Shown piece by piece: positions 49,766-57,510 of a DNA stretch of 64,000 nt. Each line of letters begins with the position of its first letter. Within the stretch, counting starts at the first letter, position 1. The notes under the pieces were generated by a model. The model did no database searches, had not been told where the DNA came from, and saw nothing but the letters and a program-made list of their open reading frames with translations. The stretch covers positions 482-64,481 of the forward strand of contig CAMYID010000008.1 in NCBI GenBank assembly GCA_947258435.1, written 5' to 3'. This DNA is from an uncultured Alphaproteobacteria bacterium. GTDB lineage: Bacteria > Pseudomonadota > Alphaproteobacteria > UBA11222. The translations under genes and the position numbers were made by a program.

Positions 49766-50062
49766 TCACAGGAAGCGGGTTGCAAGTGCGATCCCGCCCA
49801 TCACCAACGCCGTCGAGATCGATGCGCGGGAGATGAAAAAGACCAGGGCGGCGCAGATCACACCCCAGACAACGGCTGTCATGTCTTCGACGCCGTAGCC
49901 GTAGTGACCGACCGCGAAGGTCTGAATCCAGCCGATGGATTTACTGTAGAGCGGCGGTGCGCCAAGAAATGTCACGACGAATGCCAGAGTGTTCGCGAGA
50001 CCCTGTATGGACGACATGAAGATCGACCGGCCCGCCTCTTGGTGCTTTTTCATAAATGACAT
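49766..50062 (-). CDS. Small multi-TM hypothetical protein
   Basis: 98 aa with 2-3 hydrophobic helices. First gene of the VirD4 cluster. Confidence 0.7.
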   Translation of the reverse strand: MSFMKKHQEAGRSIFMSSIQGLANTLAFVVTFLGAPPLYSKSIGWIQTFAVGHYGYGVEDMTAVVWGVICAALVFFISRASISTALVMGGIALATRFL

Positions 50063-50214
50063 GCGTAGACCTTGATGTTGCCGTCGAGCTTGATTGCCGA
50101 CAGCTAGACCATGGCACGGTGTCCAAAGCGGTTCGGGGGGATAAGCGGATTGATCACGAAGAACGCATCAGCACGGATGAAAATTCTTGAGGAAATCAAT
50201 GATGAGAGATATAA

Positions 50215-50229
50215 GAACAAATATAGAAC
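50215..50229 (+). promoter_or_regulatory. Perfect alphaproteobacterial LexA (SOS) box
   Basis: GAAC-AAATATA-GAAC in an AT-rich patch between the divergent VirD4 cluster and the plus-strand hypotheticals. Confidence 0.7.
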
Positions 50230-50257
50230 ATTAATAGGTGAGGTAACACGACGCTGT

Positions 50258-50539
50258 ATGTGGAGCGCTTCTGCCAATCAAATTCCAAGGCGACAGATAA
50301 TCGAGAGTGCATTTGAGGCTCTGGAAGGCGAGCAGGCGGCTATCTTCTATGAAGGTCCTTCATCTGAACGCGTGGACCAAGCATTGGCTATCATCGCAAA
50401 CGGACCCGTAACGGAAAATGATGACGCACATCGCGTGCACCGCGCGCTTTTTCATCCCACATCTGACCCAGCGACACGGTTTCGCGCTACGGATGAGGCC
50501 TTGGCGCGTTGGAAGCGACAATTCGGTTTCATGCGCTAG
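50258..50539 (+). CDS. Hypothetical protein
   Basis: ORF 50111-50539. Start moved to ATG 50258, downstream of the LexA box and a GAGGT; start uncertain. Confidence 0.5.
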   Translation: MWSASANQIPRRQIIESAFEALEGEQAAIFYEGPSSERVDQALAIIANGPVTENDDAHRVHRALFHPTSDPATRFRATDEALARWKRQFGFMR

Positions 50540-50562
50540 GGGCAACTTGAAAGGGACAAGCG

Positions 50563-51060
50563 GTGACGAAGAACATTTTGGATAGCGAAGCCGAGCGGAA
50601 TCCGCTCGATTTTGACAGCGTTAGCAGAGCAGAGCTGGAGGTATTCGGACTGATCCCAGAGCTGTGTCCGACGCTGAATATCGCTTATTGCCGGTACATG
50701 CGGATGGTTGGCTATCACTCATGCGCGGACGAATTCGAGCAGCGCCAGAAGCAGAAGGACAAACAAAAGTTCTGGCCGACGCTGAAAGAACAGGGAGGCC
50801 CGCATCCCGCGAACAATGCCAATCTCTGCGCATTGTTCATGAACCACTATTGCGGAATACCATTTGACCAGGCCTATCTTTGGCATCGCCGTGTCGAGGC
50901 GCAGGAATGGCGTCAAGGCTTGAGAGCCGTTCGTGGTGTAACCGTGTCGGAACGATACCAAGCGCTGCAAGGTGACAAAACGAACAAGCTAACCAAGGCG
51001 GTGCTGATCAAGAAGGATGGTAATACCTCCATGATCGACGCCGATGACGCACCTTTCTAA
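50563..51060 (+). CDS. Hypothetical protein with an SSB-like acidic C-terminal tail (DADDAPF)
   Basis: 165-aa ORF with a GTG start after AAGGGA. Confidence 0.6.
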   Translation: MTKNILDSEAERNPLDFDSVSRAELEVFGLIPELCPTLNIAYCRYMRMVGYHSCADEFEQRQKQKDKQKFWPTLKEQGGPHPANNANLCALFMNHYCGIPFDQAYLWHRRVEAQEWRQGLRAVRGVTVSERYQALQGDKTNKLTKAVLIKKDGNTSMIDADDAPF

Positions 51061-51422
51061 CTGTCCTTCGTATGAACAGAACGATGATTGTCGTTCGCGG
51101 CGCGAACTCCCCACATGCTGGCTTCAAACGGAAAGCGCGTAGTCAAGATGGTGGCCAGAACGCGGATGCGCTCGCGGGATTCTTCACGCAAGCGCGGCTG
51201 AGCACCGTCTCGCACTGGCGTACATGCCCAGTCACGAAACCACTCGCGGATGCTTGCGGCCTCAAGGGCTTCCGTATCCAGAAAGACTTCGTGACCCTGA
51301 TGGACGATCCGACCGCGATAGTCGCGATAGGCGTCTGTGAGGAAGTCGAGCCAGTGATCGGGACTGATGTTCAGGCCAACCGTGAAGGCGCGCAGATCGA
51401 CGAGAAAGTCCGGGTTCTCCAT
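51057..51422 (-). CDS. Hypothetical protein
   Basis: C-terminal part of ORF 51057-51788. Start uncertain (51422 or 51497). Ends ...RAANDNHRSVHTKDS. Confidence 0.55.
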   Translation of the reverse strand: MENPDFLVDLRAFTVGLNISPDHWLDFLTDAYRDYRGRIVHQGHEVFLDTEALEAASIREWFRDWACTPVRDGAQPRLREESRERIRVLATILTTRFPFEASMWGVRAANDNHRSVHTKDS

Positions 51423-51699
51423 CCGCTTGTCGGTGACAAGCAGGGTGGTCGTCTTCCGGCAGTATCCTAGGCCGATGCAGTGCCAACACAGATTCATAGT
51501 CTCGCTCCATTCACTTCGTGGGGTGAAAACTGATGAATCCAGCGTGGCAATTCGCTGCCGTGCATGGAATCGAGAGCGATTTTTCTTGTAAGGCAGAGCA
51601 GCCCGATCTGATTTTCTTGTAAGGTAGAGTGTACACGGGCCGTTGCGGCGCATGTTCGGATTGAGGAGGTTAAGAAGCGTCTCTGGCTTTGGATATTGA

Positions 51700-52500
51700 A
51701 TGACTAAAGGTGCCGAACTGAAGAATCCGTACTGGAAGAATGCCGATCCGAGGAATACGGCAGCGCTCTTCAGCAATGTCGTGTTCAATTACGCTCACGG
51801 CACGACGGTTTCGGAAGTTGCCGAAAACCTGCCGATGTCGCGCGCGGCGATTTCAAACATGTACAAGCAGATTGGCGAGCGGCTTTCGTTCTGGATGAAC
51901 CATCGGCTTTTGGGATTCTATAGGGAGTGCCAGGGGCTGGAATGGGACGACCAACAAATCTCCGAGCCGACCGATCACTTCTGGAAATTTTGCTACGAGT
52001 ATCGGGAAGAGCAGATCAAACATGTCGTCCATCAGAAGAGCCTCGAAGGTCGATGCGTCGTCTGTGACGCTTGCCAGCGGCTCCCGGAATTCCAGTGGAT
52101 GTTCGCACGGTATCGGGAAAGACGCGGACTGAAGACGGAGGACATCTGGCCGCTGGTCGCGCTGGGGTACGCACGCAGACAAGCTTTCGACCAACTCAAT
52201 TCATTCGACACCCAGTACGACAGCTTCGAACGATGCGGCATGAGGTTTCCGCTAGAGCGCGGGAGTGATGGTGTTGTCCCGTTAGATTCGACCAGCGTCT
52301 CGGGTTACGTGACGGCTACGCTTCTCCATCATATTCAGACATATCCCATAGGGACGACAGTCGGTCAGACCCTTGGTCCCGCCGCGTTCGGACGGTGGAG
52401 AACCTATGCCGACGAACTGGCATCCGTGTTTAAGCTCATCGATGACCCGCAAACCCGAGAACAGCGCATCTGGTATCATCAGGAGCTTTATCGCCGCTGA
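51700..52500 (+). CDS. Hypothetical HTH protein resembling the non-catalytic parts of IS1595-family transposases
   Basis: 266 aa. N-terminal T.SE.AE.L.MSR.AI..MY..I.ERL HTH, a Cys cluster (CVVCDAC), and no DDE core. Confidence 0.6.
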   Translation: MTKGAELKNPYWKNADPRNTAALFSNVVFNYAHGTTVSEVAENLPMSRAAISNMYKQIGERLSFWMNHRLLGFYRECQGLEWDDQQISEPTDHFWKFCYEYREEQIKHVVHQKSLEGRCVVCDACQRLPEFQWMFARYRERRGLKTEDIWPLVALGYARRQAFDQLNSFDTQYDSFERCGMRFPLERGSDGVVPLDSTSVSGYVTATLLHHIQTYPIGTTVGQTLGPAAFGRWRTYADELASVFKLIDDPQTREQRIWYHQELYRR

Positions 52501-52593
52501 TGTGCCACTCGGTCTAGAACCACGTTCTCCTTCAAATACTGCTGTGCGTCATGCATCTCCGTTTTTCCCTGTTTTATCAATAAGTCCGACCCG

Positions 52594-52625
52594 CAAGATG
52601 TGCGGTGTAGTACACCGCAATCTTG
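52594..52625. other. Candidate oriT palindrome
   Basis: CAAGAT-G-TGCGGTGTA-G-TACACCGCA-ATCTTG near-perfect inverted repeat in a 600-bp non-coding region of a VirD4-bearing element. Confidence 0.45.
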
Positions 52626-53099
52626 GCAAGGGAGCCCGCTGCGCGCTCCCGTTGCATCCCTCCGGCTCGTGGCTCTTACAGGGGATCGACCCCATTCCAG
52701 AGCCATTAGACCGTATCGCCGGTCAATCACTCGCAAGGAGACTTCGCTCTCCCTGCACCCATCGATCAAAGGGACTATCGCGCCCCTTATGAAATCCACT
52801 CGTCAGGGTAATGGCCCCCGACACCCGCCAGTCAGGGGAGCGTTCCTGCTCCCCCCGACACCCCCAAGACCATTTCATGGAGACGCTTTCAGCGCGACCA
52901 ACCCTGCGCGGTTTGGATGCCGATCAGGCCTGTCGCGACCCGATACCTACGACCAAGAGCCTACCCGTGCTCTTTGGATACATGGGCCAACCTTGCGCAG
53001 GTTGGAGTGCGTCTGTGGAAAACTCCACATCTTGTGCAACGCATGGTGCACCGCACTAATCAAGCTGCTATCCTTTCCCAAATGTAGAAGAGGTATGCA

Positions 53100-54899
53100 G
53101 TGACTGAGCTGAATTTCAAAGGCAAAGAGTTCGTCTTCAACCACCACTTGGCGGTGCCTTTCCGCCCTTTGGTGCCTGAAGCGAGCAAGGGGATCGGCCC
53201 CGTGGCGCTAGACGGCAATCTTATCGTGCATGGCGATAATCTGCACGCCCTCAAAGCGCTTCTGCCGCTCTATGCTGGTAAGGTGGACTGCATCTTCATC
53301 GACCCACCCTACAACACGGGCAACGAAGGGTGGTGCTACAACGATAACGTCAACGCCCCCATGATCCGTGAGTGGCTGGAATCCAATCCTATCGGTATCG
53401 AGGATGGTCTACGCCATGACAAGTGGTGCGCCATGATGTGGCCCAGGCTGCGCCTGCTACATGACCTTTTGTCCGATCACGGGAGCATCTGGATCACGCT
53501 CGACGACAACGAGATTCACCATGCTCGTAATATGCTGGATCATATCTTCGGTGAAAACTCATTTGTAGGTCAGCTCGCCTGGCAGAAGCGAACATCACGA
53601 GAGAATAGAGCGGTCCTCTCGCCAAGTTTCGATCATATTCTTTTGTATTCGAAAGCGCTTAAAGAGACTTGGAAGATCAGGCGCAATCTTTTGACTCCGA
53701 AGGACAGTGGCTACTCAAACCCAGATGACGACCCGCGCGGGGATTGGGCGTCTATACCGTTCTCAGCCCAAGGCTACAGAGAAAACCAAGTTTACGAGAT
53801 AATCACGCCTACGGGCGTGAAGCACAAGCCACCAAAGGGCAGGTGTTGGGGTGCGACTGAAGAAGAATTTGAAAGGCTTAAGTCCCAGAATTTGGTTTAC
53901 TGGCCAAAGGGCGGCAACGGAAAGCCTCGCATCAAGCAGTTCCCAGAAGAAGCCAAGGGCCTTGTTCCAATGACCCTATGGCCTGCAAGCGAAGTTGGGA
54001 CAACCGAGGAATCCAAGAGGCACCTGCTGGAAGTTTTCTCCGAGTACGACGAGTCAGATCTCGAAATTCATGCACCGAAGACGGTAGAGCTTATCGAACG
54101 CATCATCGAAATTGCTACAAAAAAAGACTCCATCGTAATGGACTCATTCGCTGGCTCAGGAACAACAGCGCATGCTGTCTTGTCGTCCAACAAGCGCGAT
54201 GGAGGCAATCGACGCTTCATCCTGGTCGAGATGGAAGACTATGCCGACCGTCTTACCGCCGAACGAATGCGGCGCGTCATCAATGGTTATGCCTTCCAAG
54301 GTACTCAGCGCACCGAGCTGCTGCGAGAAAAGTTGACCTGGACCAAGCTCAAAAAAGCCGAGAAGCTGACTGAGGCCGTGGAGGGGATCGAGAACCTACA
54401 CGGGCACGAATACGACGCCATAAAGAAGACGGTGAAAGAAGGTGAGCTGATCGTCATGGGCGAGAAAGCCGTTGAAGAGCGCGCCGAAGGCCTTGGCGGA
54501 AGTTTCACTTACTGCACGCTTGGCGATCCGGTTGAACTGGACAAGTTGCTGAGCGGCGAGACGCTACCGTCCTTCGACGGGATCGGTTCTGTCCTCTTCC
54601 ACATGGCGACCACCCGCGCCTTTGACCCGAGCGCAATGCGCGAGGATGATTCCTACCTCGGGGCCGTTGAGGGTCAGCATGTCTGGCTGATCTACAAGCC
54701 CGATCTGGACTGGCTCAAATCCCCCGAAGCGGCCCTGACACTCAAGCGGGCGAAAGAGTTTGCCGCGACCGATCCAGAGGCGCGGCACCTGGTCTTTGCG
54801 CCCGCTCGCTATGTCAGCCAGAAGATGCTGGCAGAGCAGAATATCCCTGTAGAGTTCGTACCGCTGCCCTTCGCGCTCTATCGCATAGATCGGAGCTGA
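53100..54899 (+). CDS. mod: Type III restriction-modification methyltransferase (Mod; beta-class amino-MTase)
   Basis: HGDNL, IDPPYNTG (motif IV), central TRD, and DSFAGSGTT (motif I). GTG start after AGAGG. Confidence 0.9.
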   Translation: MTELNFKGKEFVFNHHLAVPFRPLVPEASKGIGPVALDGNLIVHGDNLHALKALLPLYAGKVDCIFIDPPYNTGNEGWCYNDNVNAPMIREWLESNPIGIEDGLRHDKWCAMMWPRLRLLHDLLSDHGSIWITLDDNEIHHARNMLDHIFGENSFVGQLAWQKRTSRENRAVLSPSFDHILLYSKALKETWKIRRNLLTPKDSGYSNPDDDPRGDWASIPFSAQGYRENQVYEIITPTGVKHKPPKGRCWGATEEEFERLKSQNLVYWPKGGNGKPRIKQFPEEAKGLVPMTLWPASEVGTTEESKRHLLEVFSEYDESDLEIHAPKTVELIERIIEIATKKDSIVMDSFAGSGTTAHAVLSSNKRDGGNRRFILVEMEDYADRLTAERMRRVINGYAFQGTQRTELLREKLTWTKLKKAEKLTEAVEGIENLHGHEYDAIKKTVKEGELIVMGEKAVEERAEGLGGSFTYCTLGDPVELDKLLSGETLPSFDGIGSVLFHMATTRAFDPSAMREDDSYLGAVEGQHVWLIYKPDLDWLKSPEAALTLKRAKEFAATDPEARHLVFAPARYVSQKMLAEQNIPVEFVPLPFALYRIDRS

Positions 54900-54903
54900 G
54901 CCC

Positions 54904-57510
54904 ATGAGCACTAGCTTCCGACAGCTCGACTATCAGGACCGTGCGCTTTCTGCTTTGGAAGGCTATCTCGACGCGCTCAAGGAGAAGAAGGGCAGAGCGG
55001 ACAAGATTGCGGGGCTTGCAGCCGCCGATCCCGACCTTGGCCTCGCCATTCCCGACTTTACCAAAGAGGCGTGGGAGGTTCTTGGCGGAGCAGGGAAGAT
55101 GCCCGCGTCCCGCGCGGCCATCCCCTTTTCGCCCAGGATTGACGGATGTGGACGCCCTGTCCCGAACGCTGTGCTGAAGGTGCCTACGGCAGGCGGCAAG
55201 ACATGGCTTGCCATTTCATCGGTGTCGCGGATCATGGGGCGCTATCTTGACCGCAATACGGGCTTTGTCCTGTGGATCGTGCCGAACGAGGCAATCTACA
55301 CCCAGACATTGAAGCACCTCAAGAACCGTCAGCACCCCTATCGGCAAGCGCTCGACCGCGCAGCTGCAGGGCGCGTGAAGATCATGGAGAAGACCGACCG
55401 TCTCGATGCACGCGACGTGGACACCAATCTCTGCGTCATGCTTCTCATGCTGCAATCGGCCAACCGAGAGACCCAGGATTCCTTGAAGATGTTTCAGGAT
55501 CGGGGCGACGTGCATGGCTTCTTCCCGCCCGAGGGCGAGCAGCAGGCGCACAAGGCGGCGCTCGACGCCACGCCGAACCTGACCGCCTATGACGATATGT
55601 TCCCAATGGTGAAAGATTCCCTTGGTAACGCCCTGCGGATCATCCGCCCCGTTGTCGTGCTAGACGAGGGGCACCGCGCCATCTCCGATCTGGCGTTCAA
55701 AACGCTCTATGGCTTCAACCCGTGTTTCGTGTTGGAACTGACCGCGACGCCGCAGGACGTACAGCCGCGCGGCGGCAGGAATCCCCGCGACGGGCGCTAT
55801 GCCAATGTCCTGGTCGAGGTAACGGGGCGAGAGCTGGATCGTGAGGGCATGATCAAGATGCCACTCAATCTCGATCCGAAGCAGGGCAACGACTGGAAGG
55901 CCACGCTGAACGCAGCCCTTGAGAAGCTCCGCGCGCTCGACGCCTCGGCAAAGACGCTGCGGGCCGAAACCGACCGCTATATCCGCCCGATCATGCTGGT
56001 TCAGGTCGAGCGGACGGGCGCGGATCAGCGCGAGAGCAATCATATTCACGCCGAAGACGTAAAGGACTGGCTCAAGACAGCGGGCTTAGATGACGCCGAA
56101 ATCGCTATCAAGACCGCCGAGCAGAATGATCTATCACAGCCCGAGAACCAAGACCTTCTGTCCCCTACGAACCGTGTACGCGTGATCATCACCAAACAGG
56201 CCCTTCAAGAAGGTTGGGATTGCCCCTTTGCTTATGTGCTCTGCGCTCTGGCCGCCAGTAACAACGAAAAAGCCATGACGCAGCTTGTTGGACGTATCCT
56301 GCGCCAGCCAGGTGCCATGAAGACAGGAGTTGAGGCGCTTGATGAGTGCCATGTGATTACCCACCATGCCGATACCGCCTCGGTGGTCGAGGCCATCAAG
56401 AAAGGTTTGGAACAGGATGGTCTCGGTGACCTAGTTCTGAGGGTTAGTCAGGATGATACGAGCGGCAAGACCCGCACGACGCGGACGATCAAACGCCGCT
56501 CTGCGTTCGCTTCAACCGAAATCTACCTGCCCAAGGTTATGATCCTCGAAGACGGTATGCCTCGCGAGCTGGACTATGAGACCGATATCTTGGCCAGTAT
56601 CGATTGGCGCGGCTTCGATCCCGCTCACATTGCGATCAAGATCCCTGACAATGCCCAAGCGGCTGAGAGCCAGCTGCAACGGATCACGCTATCCGAAGAA
56701 GGCGATGAACTCTTCGTCGGTGAGAAGGTCGCACAGAACAATGAGATTCTGGTTTTCGATCCCGCGCATACCGTTCGCATGGTCTCGGACATTCTGCCTA
56801 ACCCTTTTGTCGCGCGTGAAGTGGTCGGTCGGCTTCTCGACGCTTTGCGCGGACGTGGCTTTGATGAGGGCAAACTTGGCCGATTTGCGAGCTTGATCAG
56901 CGCCGAGCTGCGGCGCGGGCTGGATATTGCCCGAACGGAGCGCGCGGAAGCACTTTTCAAGGCCGAGGTCGCGGCAGGACGGATTCAGTTTCGTTTGCGT
57001 CTCGATGGACGCAACTGGCGAATGCCCGCCACCATGGAGACGACAGAGCCCGAAGGCGCTCGCCAGCTTTTGAGCAAGTCGGGCGGGCCGCTCGAAAAGA
57101 GCCTCTTCGCGCCTGTCTATGAGGCCGAGCTGAACAAGGATGAGCGCGACGTGGCCGTCTATCTTGACGGTGAAGAGGCGCTGTCTTGGTGGCACCGCAA
57201 CGTGGCGCGCAGCCAGTACGGCATTCAGGGGTGGAAGAAAGCGAAAATCTACCCCGACTTCATCTTCGCCGTGCAGACCGAAGGTGAGGCAAAAAAAATC
57301 ACCGTCCTCGAAACCAAAGGTGACCAGCTTGACAATCTCGACACTGCTTACAAGCGCGAAGTGCTGGCCTTCTTGTCTGAGCACTTCGCCTGGGACGATG
57401 CCGTACCGGCGGGTGAATTGGAACTTGTCCAAAACAACGGAGAAACGGTTGAAGGTACTTTGATTTTGATGAGCGATTGGCGAGCTGCATTACCGGAGCA
57501 TCTCAAATGA
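54904..57510 (+). CDS. res: Type III restriction endonuclease (Res; SF2 helicase + PD-(D/E)XK nuclease)
   Basis: PTAGGKT, DEGH, LTAT, LQEGWDCP, QLVGRILR and C-terminal YPDF...LETKG. Confidence 0.9.
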   Translation: MSTSFRQLDYQDRALSALEGYLDALKEKKGRADKIAGLAAADPDLGLAIPDFTKEAWEVLGGAGKMPASRAAIPFSPRIDGCGRPVPNAVLKVPTAGGKTWLAISSVSRIMGRYLDRNTGFVLWIVPNEAIYTQTLKHLKNRQHPYRQALDRAAAGRVKIMEKTDRLDARDVDTNLCVMLLMLQSANRETQDSLKMFQDRGDVHGFFPPEGEQQAHKAALDATPNLTAYDDMFPMVKDSLGNALRIIRPVVVLDEGHRAISDLAFKTLYGFNPCFVLELTATPQDVQPRGGRNPRDGRYANVLVEVTGRELDREGMIKMPLNLDPKQGNDWKATLNAALEKLRALDASAKTLRAETDRYIRPIMLVQVERTGADQRESNHIHAEDVKDWLKTAGLDDAEIAIKTAEQNDLSQPENQDLLSPTNRVRVIITKQALQEGWDCPFAYVLCALAASNNEKAMTQLVGRILRQPGAMKTGVEALDECHVITHHADTASVVEAIKKGLEQDGLGDLVLRVSQDDTSGKTRTTRTIKRRSAFASTEIYLPKVMILEDGMPRELDYETDILASIDWRGFDPAHIAIKIPDNAQAAESQLQRITLSEEGDELFVGEKVAQNNEILVFDPAHTVRMVSDILPNPFVAREVVGRLLDALRGRGFDEGKLGRFASLISAELRRGLDIARTERAEALFKAEVAAGRIQFRLRLDGRNWRMPATMETTEPEGARQLLSKSGGPLEKSLFAPVYEAELNKDERDVAVYLDGEEALSWWHRNVARSQYGIQGWKKAKIYPDFIFAVQTEGEAKKITVLETKGDQLDNLDTAYKREVLAFLSEHFAWDDAVPAGELELVQNNGETVEGTLILMSDWRAALPEHLK

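Noticed and set aside
53100-53400. Phase-variable mod (phasevarion)
   Set aside because: No simple-sequence repeat tract in the 5' region or CDS.
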